The notes below the pieces were generated by a model. The model saw only the letters and a program-made list of their open reading frames with translations, ran no database searches and was not told where the DNA came from. A DNA stretch of 44,884 bases from an uncultured Bifidobacterium sp. (lineage in GTDB: Bacteria; Fibrobacterota; Fibrobacteria; UBA11236): positions 1 to 44,884 of the forward strand of contig CAYQFG010000003.1 in NCBI GenBank assembly GCA_964416695.1, written 5' to 3'. Below, piece by piece: positions 9,277 through 19,173 of the stretch (positions within the stretch are counted from its first letter, which is position 1; each line of letters begins with the position of its first letter). A program made the translations under genes and the position numbers.

Positions 9277-9768
9277 CTAAAGCACGCGCGCGCTCGTCTT
9301 GCGCGCCAGCCGGATGGCGACGAAGGCGCCAAGCGGGAAGCTTGCCAGGGCCGTCACCCAGAACCATGCCGGATGCGGCAGGGCCATCAGGTTCATCACA
9401 CCAAAGGCGAGCAACACGCCTTCGACCGCCACGGCGGGCCACGTGGAAGCCCAAGCGTCGCGCGCGATCTTCAGGGCGGCATAGGCACCCGCCAGCGTGC
9501 CCGTGAAGTAGCTGAACGCCACCCACAACAAGGCGCCGGCCGGCAGGGCGCGCACCAGGGCGGCCACCTGTTCCGCGTCGCGGAAGTCCACCCCCTGTGG
9601 CAAGGGCCAGATGCGATGTCCCACAGCCTGCACGATCACCACGACCATCACGGCCACGCACAGGCCCACAAACGTCCCCAGGATTTTCCGCCACAGCGGA
9701 GAACGAAGAGAGCGGGTTGCGCGGGTTTCGGTGATATCGGTGGTATCGCTGGTATCAGTAACGTTCAT
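9277..9768 (-). CDS. hypothetical membrane protein (about 4 TM segments)
   Basis: ATG preceded by GGAGG. Hydrophobic segments throughout. No family recognised. Confidence 0.6.
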   Translation of the reverse strand: MNVTDTSDTTDITETRATRSLRSPLWRKILGTFVGLCVAVMVVVIVQAVGHRIWPLPQGVDFRDAEQVAALVRALPAGALLWVAFSYFTGTLAGAYAALKIARDAWASTWPAVAVEGVLLAFGVMNLMALPHPAWFWVTALASFPLGAFVAIRLARKTSARVL

Positions 9769-10086
9769 GCAGCCTCCGGCTGGAAAGTTACAATGAGCGA
9801 CGGAACATCACAGCCATCGAAGAGGGGAGCGCGGGAGCAAGGCGTGGGGAACAGGGAATCTTGAGGGAAAAACGAAAAATCTCACATTCTTCAGCGGACA
9901 TCACGCCCCGTGGCCGATTTTCCTGGGGTGGTGTGCATGCGATCCGGATCCTGCATCCTGATGCTGGTTCTGGTTCTGGCAGGGTCGGTGTCGGATGGGC
10001 ACACGGATGGCCGTCCGCCGAAAACAGGTCACGGAAAGCGTCCCGTTCCTTTGACACCTCCGGTCCGACTTTCGACCTTTGCGGGT

Positions 10087-10599
10087 ATGTTCGACCCGCA
10101 GGATATCCGCAAACACGAATTCACCCGCGTCTGGCGGGGTTACGACCGCGAAGAAGTTCACGCACTGCTTGAGGCGCTGGCCCGGGAATTCGAGGAGGTG
10201 ACCCGCCGGGCGCAGACCCTTGCGGCCGATCTGCGGGAGGCCCGGGAAGAGGCGGCGCGGCATCAAAAATCCGAAAAGACCCTGCAGGATGCGGCCCTGG
10301 CGTTTCAGGAGGCGCTGGAGGAAAAGCGGCGCGCCGCCGAACTGGAGTCCGAGGCGCTGTTGCGGGAAGCCCGCGAGCGTGTGACGGCGGAAACCCAGGC
10401 GGCCAGGAGCCAGGTGGAGGCTTTGCGCGCCGAACTGCAGGCACTGGAGAACGAGCGGGCGCGCTTTTATCTGCGCTTCCAGAACCTGTTGAACGAACAG
10501 TCCGCCCTGCTGGAATCGATGATGGACGTTCCGGCCGCACGGCCGGCACCCGACCCGGAGGACACACCGCCCCCTTCCCGCGGGGAAGGCCTGGCCTGA
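10087..10599 (+). CDS. divIVA: DivIVA-domain protein
   Basis: MFDPQDIRKHEFTRVWRGYDREEVHALLEAL... is the canonical DivIVA N-terminal lipid-binding motif, followed by a long coiled coil. The ORF-track start at 9910 is rejected. Confidence 0.8.
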   Translation: MFDPQDIRKHEFTRVWRGYDREEVHALLEALAREFEEVTRRAQTLAADLREAREEAARHQKSEKTLQDAALAFQEALEEKRRAAELESEALLREARERVTAETQAARSQVEALRAELQALENERARFYLRFQNLLNEQSALLESMMDVPAARPAPDPEDTPPPSRGEGLA

Positions 10600-10839
10600 G
10601 CATTCACCGGCGGCGCCCGGCGCCGCCTCCCCCCCCCACCGGCGGGAGCGAAGATTTCGTCTAATGGACCCCTCAACCTGGGCACCCCTTTTGTAGTATA
10701 TTCGAAAGCAGAGAGAGGCGGCGGCCCGCACCAGTCAGGAGTCGTGTCGGACGGAACAAATGATACCCGTCGACGACGAAACGTCGGGCGCGATCGGCCG
10801 CGGAGACGGACACGCGTATACGGGGATACGGGGCTCATC

Positions 10840-11001
10840 ATGGAAAATATGGCACCCTCACGGGGTTTCAACTGGCTCAAGCTGCTCGGGATTCTGGCCC
10901 TCGCAGGCGTCATCATTGCGGTGGGACGCATTGTCCTGCGCGTGTTTCAGGAAACGCCCGAGACGGACGAAGAGGATACGGAACATCACGAGGCGGCCTA
11001 G
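10840..11001 (+). CDS. possible small single-pass membrane protein (53 aa)
   Basis: MENMAPSRGFNWLKLLGILALAGVIIAVGRIVL... followed by an acidic tail. GC3-rich. Weak ribosome-binding site. Start uncertain. Confidence 0.35.
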   Translation: MENMAPSRGFNWLKLLGILALAGVIIAVGRIVLRVFQETPETDEEDTEHHEAA

Positions 11002-11108
11002 GCACGTCATGTCCCTGACCAGGTGTGCTCCGGGGAGACCTCCCCTCCGGGCGCCATTCGCATCCTGCGGTCGTCGCGGGGCCTCGCCGGCATGATGCCT
11101 CCCGTTTC

Positions 11109-12095
11109 ATGAAACCCTGTCCTGTCGATGTATGGGACTCCCTCGCGCGCGAGGATGAGTCCGCCACGTTCTTTCAGACACCCGCCTGGCACCGTATCGC
11201 GGCCCGCCATTTCCGGGCGGAAAGCGCGCCCCTGTTGTTCGAATTTCCCGACGGCCCGGCGTGTCTGCCGCTGCTGCGCGATCGCCGTTGGGGACGCTGG
11301 CGGTACTTCAGCCCGTTCGGGACGTATACCGCCGTGGTGTGCCCGCGCACGCTGACGACGGCGGAGCGTGCGGTGATTGAGGGCACTCTGGCGCCGCTGA
11401 ACGTGCACCTGCTGTCGTCCCCCTTCACGCACAATCCCGTGACCGTGGGACGCACCTTGCCTGCGCGCTCGCACGTCCTCGATCTGGCGACCGTCGACCC
11501 CGATCACGTGATCAAGGGGTGGGAGAAAGGCCAGCAGCGCTGGTCCCGCGTCGCCGTACGCGAAGGACTGACCGTCCGGCGCGCCGAGACCTCCGCCGAC
11601 TGGGACGCATACTACCGCTTGTACGAAATGTCCCTGGCGCGCTGGGGCGCGCGCACCACCACTTCTTATCCGGCCTCCGTGTTCGCCGACATCCGCGACC
11701 TTCCCGGCGGCGAAGCCGTACGCACGCTGTGGTTGGCGGAAAGAACGCGCGAAGGCGAAGTACGTGAAGGTGAGGTTGGGGGTGAGGGCGCGAAGGAAAT
11801 CGGCGCGGGGGTGTTGGCGTTCCGGCACGGCGGGCACATGGCGGTGTGGCATTCGGCCGCCGACGCGCGTTTTTTCGAGGCCGGCGCGACCCAGCTTCTC
11901 TACCTCCACATGATCGGCGACGCCGTGCGCGAAGGATATGCCGCGCTCGATTTTCTGGGGAGCGCCGGCCTCAAGGGTGTGGAGGACTTCAAGACGCGTT
12001 TCGGCGCCGTGCCTCGCGCGTACCAAAGTTCGCTGAACCAGCGCGGGCTCGTGAGCATGCTGGCGAACTGGAAAGACCGACGGCATCGCTCCTGA
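11109..12095 (+). CDS. FemAB/CelD-like GNAT acyltransferase
   Basis: N-terminal FFQTPAWHRI motif. C-terminal HSAADARFFEAGATQLLYLHMIGDAVREGYAALDFLGSAGLKGVEDFKTRFGA is typical of FemAB-family proteins. Confidence 0.65.
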   Translation: MKPCPVDVWDSLAREDESATFFQTPAWHRIAARHFRAESAPLLFEFPDGPACLPLLRDRRWGRWRYFSPFGTYTAVVCPRTLTTAERAVIEGTLAPLNVHLLSSPFTHNPVTVGRTLPARSHVLDLATVDPDHVIKGWEKGQQRWSRVAVREGLTVRRAETSADWDAYYRLYEMSLARWGARTTTSYPASVFADIRDLPGGEAVRTLWLAERTREGEVREGEVGGEGAKEIGAGVLAFRHGGHMAVWHSAADARFFEAGATQLLYLHMIGDAVREGYAALDFLGSAGLKGVEDFKTRFGAVPRAYQSSLNQRGLVSMLANWKDRRHRS

Positions 12096-12279
12096 AAAGA
12101 GACCTCAGGCGTACGACGGATCGCCACCCACCGTGCGTCGTTCGTCCCGGCCCGGCCACGCACGCGCCCGATGCACCCGCACGAGCGTTCATCCTTTGCT
12201 GTGAAGCAGGCGACATAAGCGACGTCGCATCGCACCGGAAGAGTGAGGAAGAGGACCGCACAGCCTGGCGGACAGGAGC

Positions 12280-13923
12280 TTAATCCGGGACGTCCAGGAT
12301 GAAAATCCTGTACGGCGACGCTTCGCCCCGGAGCCGCCAATGACTCGAGGAGTCCGCGCTCCCGCCCCCATCCTCGTCCGTCACCCCCTGCTCATAAAGT
12401 CTGGTCATCGCGGGTGACAGCTTGCGCGCATCCGCGTCGAGCACGAGAGCCCGCACACCGCGCATCCGGGCGAAGGCGGCCAATTCCTCCGGAGATTCCA
12501 CCGGGAATTCGGGATACACCTCGTTGTAGCGGTAGGTCCCCAGACGGGGCGCCCCTCCGTTGAAGAAGGGAATCACATCGTCCAGCCGGCGGAAATACAG
12601 GTCGAAATCGCTGGTAAAGACCTCCCGGGAGCTCGTCACTCCGGCGGCGAGCAGACGGGATTCCACGGAGACGGCGGCGGCGTGATGGGCCGCGCGGCCC
12701 GCCAGCCAGACCCGGTCGCGATGCAGGTGCAGCGCCGCCAACCCGGCAAGGGCGAGGAGCAACACGAGACGCGCCCCACGTGCGGCCAAAGGCGGGAACC
12801 CGTTGAACCGCATCCAGGCGGCATGCGCGCACACACCCAAAGCCAGCATGGAAAACGGCAAGGGGATCAGCAACTGCCGCCCACTGGTGGTGGCGGAAAA
12901 CAACAGGAAGTACGCGGTGATCCATACCGCGAGGGCACACATCATGGGGCGCCGCACCGGGTCGCGCACGATGGCCCACGCCAGCAGCGGAGGTCCCCAG
13001 ACCTGCTTGAACGACCAGAAGGCCGCCAGATATTTGCGGACGAACAGGCCGGGGTCCCCCGCGATAATGTCCCGGACCCCCGCTTGCAGGTCGAGCGACG
13101 TGATGCGATGCCAGTTCAGGCCGTACATGAGGTCGTAGACGTTCATCGGCCCGAACTGGGTTTCGAGAAGCCCGCGCCCCGCGGCGAGGTTCACCGACCA
13201 CTGCAACGAATAGGCGCCCGCAGCGCCCAACCCCAGCACCAGCACGGACAACCAGCGGCGCGGCCAGGCGCACCACAGGCCGAAGCCGAACAACGCCGCC
13301 GCCGGCAAGGCGTGATAGCGGAACAGGGCCGCCACGCCCAGCAGCCAGCCGGCGGCGAGCAAGGGGCGCCATGCGCCCCGCTCCGGTCGGATGGCCAGCG
13401 TTCTGAGCGCCAGACCCGCTCCTGCGGTGAAGAACAGCACGGCCCCGGAGTCACCGCCCGCGGCGTTGCCATAGCGGAAAAACTCGAAGAACACGGCGAG
13501 GAAAACCACCGCAACCCCCGCAAACGCGGGCGGCACCAGACGGAGGCCGATCCGGCCGGTGACCCAGAGGATGGCGCCGGACAGCGCGATGTTCAACAGG
13601 ATGGCCGGCGCGGCCGGATCGCCGCCGAACGCGAGGAGGCCCCGCAGCAGCAAGGTGTAACCGATGGGATACTGGGGATTGAACCAGCTCCGGACATCGC
13701 CGGCCTCCAGGTGAGTGGCGATGAAGTACACGTCCCAATAGTCGTTATGACTCTGCCGGAATCCCGCCGACACCGCGAAGGCCAGACAGACCGCCACATA
13801 GGCAGCGACGAAGAGGGCCAACCCTGTCGTGGCCGTGATGGCCCCTCCCGGCATCGGCAAGCGCGCTGCGGAGCCGCTGACGCGCACGCCGGCGCCGTCA
13901 CCTGCGGCCGGAGGATTCATCAT
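12280..13923 (-). CDS. polytopic membrane protein, GT-C (ArnT/PMT-like) glycosyltransferase suspected
   Basis: About 12 hydrophobic segments followed by a ~130-aa soluble tail. ATG 13923 overlaps the stop of the upstream GT2 gene (ATGATGA). Function is inferred from architecture and the GT2 partner only. Confidence 0.65.
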   Translation of the reverse strand: MMNPPAAGDGAGVRVSGSAARLPMPGGAITATTGLALFVAAYVAVCLAFAVSAGFRQSHNDYWDVYFIATHLEAGDVRSWFNPQYPIGYTLLLRGLLAFGGDPAAPAILLNIALSGAILWVTGRIGLRLVPPAFAGVAVVFLAVFFEFFRYGNAAGGDSGAVLFFTAGAGLALRTLAIRPERGAWRPLLAAGWLLGVAALFRYHALPAAALFGFGLWCAWPRRWLSVLVLGLGAAGAYSLQWSVNLAAGRGLLETQFGPMNVYDLMYGLNWHRITSLDLQAGVRDIIAGDPGLFVRKYLAAFWSFKQVWGPPLLAWAIVRDPVRRPMMCALAVWITAYFLLFSATTSGRQLLIPLPFSMLALGVCAHAAWMRFNGFPPLAARGARLVLLLALAGLAALHLHRDRVWLAGRAAHHAAAVSVESRLLAAGVTSSREVFTSDFDLYFRRLDDVIPFFNGGAPRLGTYRYNEVYPEFPVESPEELAAFARMRGVRALVLDADARKLSPAMTRLYEQGVTDEDGGGSADSSSHWRLRGEASPYRIFILDVPD

Positions 13924-14690
13924 GAGTTCCGCCCGGTGCCCGCCCGAATCCCGGAAAACAGGTGGTGGTGATACACCCCGAAACGATGCAGCATGCCCAA
14001 CCAGGACACGCGCAAGACGCCGAGCCCGTAACGCACGCTCCGGGAAAAATTGATGGAGGATGCTTCGGCGAAGTAACGGGTGGGGCACGTGACCTCGGCG
14101 ATCTCATAACCGTGCGCGAAAATCCGCGCGATCATCTCGTTGTCGAAAATGAAATCGTCGGAGAAGGTCTCGTAATTCACGGCCTCCAGAACCTTGCGGT
14201 CGTAGGCGCGGTATCCCGTGTGATATTCCGACAACTTTTGTCCCAGCATCATGTTCTGGGCCAGCGTCAGGGCCCGGTTGAAGACGTATTTGTACAGCGG
14301 CATGCCGTCACGCCGCGCGCGGCCTCCCAGAATGCGCGAACCCAGCACGACGGGGTAAACGCCGTGCGCGATGATGCTTGCCATGGCCGTGACAAGACGC
14401 GGATCATACTGGTAGTCGGGATGAAGCATGACGACGATGTCCGCCTCCAGGGCCAGCGCGGCATCGTAGCAGGTTTTCTGGTTCGCCCCGTAGCCGCCCC
14501 GCGCCGTGTGAACATGCACGTGGCGAATTCCCAGTCTGGAAGCCAGGGCCGCCGTCCCGTCCTCACTGGCGTCATCCACCAGCACCACGTCATCCACCAC
14601 GTCCTGCGGGAGATCTGCCAGCGTGCGCGCGAGCGTTGCCGTCGCGTTCAATGCCGGCAGGACCACCACGATCTTGCGTCCGTCGATCAT
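13920..14690 (-). CDS. family 2 glycosyltransferase (polyprenyl-phosphate sugar synthase-like)
   Basis: KIVVVLPALNATATL...VVLVDDASEDGT...VVMLHPDYQYDP... is the GT2 Rossmann/DxD signature. GGAGG upstream of the ATG. Confidence 0.87.
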   Translation of the reverse strand: MIDGRKIVVVLPALNATATLARTLADLPQDVVDDVVLVDDASEDGTAALASRLGIRHVHVHTARGGYGANQKTCYDAALALEADIVVMLHPDYQYDPRLVTAMASIIAHGVYPVVLGSRILGGRARRDGMPLYKYVFNRALTLAQNMMLGQKLSEYHTGYRAYDRKVLEAVNYETFSDDFIFDNEMIARIFAHGYEIAEVTCPTRYFAEASSINFSRSVRYGLGVLRVSWLGMLHRFGVYHHHLFSGIRAGTGRNS

Positions 14691-14801
14691 TCATCCTCCA
14701 CAGGGAAACCCGAAGGGGTCAAAAGTAAAGAATGTGGCGGGGAAATGATGCCGCCGGCACGATGGATGCCGGAATGCAGGACCATGCCAAGGCACGTCTG
14801 C

Positions 14802-17800
14802 CTACATCTGTCCCTTGGCGCTCAGCCACACGTTGCCCGCGCCCGCGAGCTCGCGCAGGCGGTCGAAGCATTCCGGACCGGGATCGATCAGGTAACGGTC
14901 GCTGATCACGTCTACCGGATCGATCCGGTTCGCGCGCTCCGACTCCAGATGGAACACCAGGCGGCACGTGCCGGGGTTCGCTTCACACACCGCACGCAGC
15001 GCCTCCAGCTGCTCCGGTTGCAAACCCGAAGTCCGCAGGCGCATGTGGACGCTGCGCGCCAGTTGATCGCGCGCGCCCGCCAGCGGCATCACGCGCGAGG
15101 CCGTCAGTTTATGGACGCGCCGCTCCTCATCCCACGTCAAGGTGCCCCGGATGAGCACCATGGAGTCGACCTCCACATCGTGACGCACCTCTTCGAACAC
15201 GTCGGTCCAGATGGCCACATCGACCTTGCCGGTGAAGTCCTCGAGGTCGGCGAAGGCGAACGTCTTGTTGTCCTTGTTGCTGATGCGCTGCTTGAGGCGC
15301 GTGATCATGCCGCCCAGGATGACGTTTGATCCCGACGCGATCATCTTGAGACGTTCAGGATCCAGAGGAGAGGTCGCAAAGCCTTCGAGCTCGGCGCGAT
15401 AAGGTTCGAGAGGGTGTCCGGAAAGGTACAGTCCGAGTACTTCCTTTTCCTTTTCGAGCATCTCGTGGTACGGCCACGGATCCACGTCGGGCAGGGGCGG
15501 CTCATCCGTGCCAAGGCCCGTGCCCTCGTCCTGGTCCTCGTCCGTCGCGTCGCCGCCAAAACCTCCGAAAAGGCTCACCTGCCCGAGCTCGCGATCGGCC
15601 TGCAAGCCCGCGGCCCACGCGAGTGCGGTCTCCACGGCGGCGAACTGCTGCGCGCGGTTGCCCGGCAGATCGTCGGGCAGGGCTCCGGCCAGAATCAGCG
15701 ATTCCAGCGCGCGGCGGTTCAACACCTGGCCGTCCACACGGCGGCACAGGTCGAACAGGCTGCGGAAAGGCCCGTTTTGTTCACGTTCCTCCACCAGTTT
15801 TTCCACGGCGGACAGCCCCACGTTCTTCACGCCCGCGAGACCATACACGATCTTGCCGTTCTCGGCGCGGAAGTGCGCGTTGCTGCGGTTGATGTCGGGG
15901 AACTGCACGTCGACGCCGATCTGACGGCACTCGTTGAGCAAGACCACCAGACGCGCCGTATCCTGCATTTCCGAGTTCATGTTGGCCGCCATGAATTCGG
16001 CCGGATAGTTGGCCTTCAGCCACGCCGTCTGATAGCCCACCAACGCGTAGGCGGCCGAGTGCGACTTGTTGAAGGCGTAGCTCGAGAAGGGGATGAGGAT
16101 GTCCCACAGCTTTTCAGCCATGGCGGGATCGTACCCGCGCTCCTTCGCTCCGCCGACGAACTTCGGCTTGAGCTCCTTCATCTTCTTCTCGTCCTTTTTA
16201 CCCATGGCGCGGCGGAGCAGGTCGGCGCCGCCCAGCGTGAAGCCCGCAAGCACCTGCGCCAGCTGCATCACCTGCTCCTGATACACGATCACGCCGTAGG
16301 TCTCGCGCAGGATGGGCTCGAGATCCTTGTGGTAATAGTCGGGCTTCTGGTGCCCGCGCTTGCGCGCGATGTAATCCGGAATGTTCGCCATGGGCCCCGG
16401 ACGATACAGGGCGTTCATGGCGATCAGGTCTTCGAGGCCCGATGGCTGCAGCTTGCGGAGATAATCCTGCATGCCGCCCGATTCGAACTGGAACACGCCC
16501 ACCGTCTGTCCGCGCCCCAGCATGGCCAACGTTGCGGGATCCTCCATGTCCAGCTTCAGAGGATCGATCTCGACGCCGTGGTTGCGCTTGATCTGCGCGA
16601 TCGCATCCTGAATCACCGACAGGTTGCGCAACCCGAGGAAGTCCATCTTCAAAAGGCCGATGTCTTCGGAATAGCGCATGTCGTACTGGATCATCACCTG
16701 ATCCGAACCCGGCTGACGGAACAGGGGTGCGAAGTTCACCACCGCCCGGGGCGCGATGATCACCGCCGCCGCGTGCATGCCCGCCTGGCGCACCACGCCC
16801 TCGAGGCTCAGCGCGTGCTCCCACAGCAGCTTGTACTGCTCTCCGCCTGACGAAATCGCCTGCATCACCTCCTGCAGGTCGGAGGCATACGTGTTGTCCC
16901 TGTTCTTGTCGTGGGGCGGGCGCACCAGTCCCTTCGACAACGGCGGAATGAACTTGTTGATCCGCTCCACCTCGCGGTGGTCGATGCCGAGCACGCGGGC
17001 CACGTCCTTGAGCACGGCTTTGGCCTTCAGGCGGCCGTAGGTCACGATCTGCGCCACCGACTCCGTCCCGTACTTGTCCACCACGTACTGGATCACTTCG
17101 GCCCGGCCGCTGTCGGAGAAGTCCGTGTCGATATCGGGCATCGACACGCGCTCCGGGTTCAGGAAGCGCTCGAACAGCAGGTTGTACTTGATGGGGTCCA
17201 CGTCGGTGATGCCGATGGCGTAGCACGCCAGCGAGCCCACCGCCGAGCCACGGCCCGGCCCCACGGGAATGCCCCGGGCCTTGGCCGCGTTGATGAAGTC
17301 CTGCACGATGAGCATGTAGCCCGCCACGCCCATGTTCTTCATCACCGTGAGCTCGTAGTCGAGGCGCGCGCGCAGCGCGTCGTCCGGCGCGTCGTAGCGC
17401 GTCTTCAGGCCCTCGTGCGCAAGGTGCGCGAGGAACGCGTCCGCGTCGGGGAACTCCGGAGGAATGGGAAACTGGGGCAGGTACAACGTCCCGAACTTGA
17501 TCTCGACGTTGCAGGCATCGGCCAGTCGCGCGGAGTTTTCCAGCGCGCCGGGGAAACGCCCCAGCAGCTCCGCCATCTCCTCGCCCGACCTCAGGTAGTA
17601 CTGGTCGCTGGGAAAACGGGGATGATCCTGATCGGTGATGCGCGCGTTGGCTTCGATGCACAACAGGATCTCGTGCGCGCGCGCGTCCTTCTTCGCCACA
17701 TAGTGAATGTCGTTCCCGGCCAGCAGATTCCAGCCTTCCGTCTCATGCAGCTTCAGGAAAAAGTTGTTGACCGTACGCTCATCCATCACCCCGTGGTCCT

Positions 17801-18407
17801 GCACCACGAGATAAACCCGGTCACGCCCCGCGTGACCGTCTCCCCCCAATGACGCCAGAAACTCCAGGTGGTCACGCGCCCGCTGCTCCTGCCCCTTCAG
17901 GAAGTGCCACCCGGGTTCGCTGTCCAGGTTGGGCACGAGGAAGAACAGGCCCTCCGCATGACGCGCCAGCAGTTCACGATCCACACGCGGCTTCTGGAAA
18001 AACCCTTCGAGGTGGCCCGCGGAACACAACTGCAGCAGGTTGCGATAGCCCGCTTCGTTCTCCGCCAGCACCGTCAGCCGGTGCCAGGGGCGCTCGCCCG
18101 GTGCATAATTCACGTTGGTGCGCACATCCGGCGCCACATACAGGTCGCAGCCGATCACCGGCTTGATGCCCGCCTTTTTCGCCGAGGTGTAAAACTCCAG
18201 CATGCCGAACATGTTGCCATGATCGGTGAGCGCCAAAGCCGTCTGCCCCATCGCCTGCGCCGCCTTGATCAGCCCGCCGATGCGCGGGGTCGCCCGCAGC
18301 ATCGAATACTCCGAGTGCACGTGCAAATGCACGAAGGCTTCCGCCGGAGATTTGGGAACGGCGGGGGGTTCGGGAGTGGTTTCAGCGACGGAATCGGGGG
18401 TAGACAT
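14802..18407 (-). CDS. dnaE: DNA polymerase III alpha subunit
   Basis: 1201 aa. PHP domain FVHLHVHSEYSMLRAT, palm/fingers motifs (PDIDTDF, GRGSAVGSL) and a C-terminal OB fold region. Confidence 0.97.
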   Translation of the reverse strand: MSTPDSVAETTPEPPAVPKSPAEAFVHLHVHSEYSMLRATPRIGGLIKAAQAMGQTALALTDHGNMFGMLEFYTSAKKAGIKPVIGCDLYVAPDVRTNVNYAPGERPWHRLTVLAENEAGYRNLLQLCSAGHLEGFFQKPRVDRELLARHAEGLFFLVPNLDSEPGWHFLKGQEQRARDHLEFLASLGGDGHAGRDRVYLVVQDHGVMDERTVNNFFLKLHETEGWNLLAGNDIHYVAKKDARAHEILLCIEANARITDQDHPRFPSDQYYLRSGEEMAELLGRFPGALENSARLADACNVEIKFGTLYLPQFPIPPEFPDADAFLAHLAHEGLKTRYDAPDDALRARLDYELTVMKNMGVAGYMLIVQDFINAAKARGIPVGPGRGSAVGSLACYAIGITDVDPIKYNLLFERFLNPERVSMPDIDTDFSDSGRAEVIQYVVDKYGTESVAQIVTYGRLKAKAVLKDVARVLGIDHREVERINKFIPPLSKGLVRPPHDKNRDNTYASDLQEVMQAISSGGEQYKLLWEHALSLEGVVRQAGMHAAAVIIAPRAVVNFAPLFRQPGSDQVMIQYDMRYSEDIGLLKMDFLGLRNLSVIQDAIAQIKRNHGVEIDPLKLDMEDPATLAMLGRGQTVGVFQFESGGMQDYLRKLQPSGLEDLIAMNALYRPGPMANIPDYIARKRGHQKPDYYHKDLEPILRETYGVIVYQEQVMQLAQVLAGFTLGGADLLRRAMGKKDEKKMKELKPKFVGGAKERGYDPAMAEKLWDILIPFSSYAFNKSHSAAYALVGYQTAWLKANYPAEFMAANMNSEMQDTARLVVLLNECRQIGVDVQFPDINRSNAHFRAENGKIVYGLAGVKNVGLSAVEKLVEEREQNGPFRSLFDLCRRVDGQVLNRRALESLILAGALPDDLPGNRAQQFAAVETALAWAAGLQADRELGQVSLFGGFGGDATDEDQDEGTGLGTDEPPLPDVDPWPYHEMLEKEKEVLGLYLSGHPLEPYRAELEGFATSPLDPERLKMIASGSNVILGGMITRLKQRISNKDNKTFAFADLEDFTGKVDVAIWTDVFEEVRHDVEVDSMVLIRGTLTWDEERRVHKLTASRVMPLAGARDQLARSVHMRLRTSGLQPEQLEALRAVCEANPGTCRLVFHLESERANRIDPVDVISDRYLIDPGPECFDRLRELAGAGNVWLSAKGQM

Positions 18408-18576
18408 CGGAGCAGCCAGGAAAATCGTGGAAATTCGGTGATTTTGGGGGTTTACGCCGGGGCCGCGGGGGCGGTCAGCCGGCGGGTGACCCGGACGTCA
18501 ACCTAGCTTCCGGGGAGGAGGGGCGCAAGCTGAACAGGGGGCCTCGTGGGCCTAAAAGGGAGTTGGTAGGCTCGCA

Positions 18577-18669
18577 GGGGAGGGTGCGTTGTATGATGGA
18601 CAGAATTGGGAGGATTCTTCGTATGGCGACATACTTTGGGGGAATTCCCTGTATGCCGATTCTGGCCTC
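18577..18669. repeat. three degenerate ~31-nt tandem units with core GTATGnnGnC
   Basis: Units start at 18577, 18608 and 18638. Each begins with a G run and contains TTGTATGATGGACA / TTCGTATGGCGACA / CCTGTATGCCGATT. Confidence 0.55.
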
Positions 18670-18873
18670 GGGGATGTTTTAACACCGGAGACCACAACGA
18701 AGTTGGCGCCTACGGGGGGGCCCTACGTGAAATTGGTACCACGATTTCAACCTCCGGGTTGTTTGTAAAACTCCCGGGAGCCCTGCGTCGCTGTGTTAAA
18801 ACACCCGGAGGCCACAAAGACCACCCACCAACCGCCAACCCCACGTAAGGTCAACGGAGCGCGCCCGCCACCC

Positions 18874-19173
18874 TCAAACCAGAAGCACGTGGGCCACAAG
18901 CGCGATGATGGCCGCCAGCCAGCCGAAGGGGATCGCGCCGGTGATGCCGATCCAGTAGCCCAGATCGTAGAACCAACCCGTGTTGGGCACGGCGTACATC
19001 TTGATGTCGAAGAACAGGCGGAAGATCAGCGTGTAGGGCGCGATCATGCCGTGCCAGATGCCGGAGAAGAAGCCCGGCGGTGAGGCGGGATCGATGGGGG
19101 TCGAGCCGACGAAGCCGCAGCCGGCGAGCAGCAAGGCGGCGAATCCGGTGACGAGGATGGTTTTCTTGTTCAT
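18874..19173 (-). CDS. small lipoprotein / membrane protein (99 aa)
   Basis: MNKKTILVTGFAALLLAGC lipobox, then hydrophobic C-terminal segments. The ORF-track start at 19356 is rejected in favour of the ATG at 19173. Confidence 0.55.
   Translation of the reverse strand: MNKKTILVTGFAALLLAGCGFVGSTPIDPASPPGFFSGIWHGMIAPYTLIFRLFFDIKMYAVPNTGWFYDLGYWIGITGAIPFGWLAAIIALVAHVLLV

Noticed and set aside
10051-10079. Sigma-70 promoter from the TTGACA at 10051-10056 upstream of divIVA
   Set aside because: No acceptable -10 element lies at 17 +/- 1 bp (GACCTT), and it would leave almost no leader before the ATG at 10087.
18408-18873. Known structured RNA (tmRNA, RNase P RNA, SRP RNA, 6S) in the dnaE upstream spacer
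   Set aside because: I looked for the tRNA-like CCA end and TTCGA loop of tmRNA, the GGAAAGTCCGGGC core of RNase P RNA, and the GGAAGCAGCCA SRP domain IV motif on both strands and found none. 6S cannot be excluded by eye.
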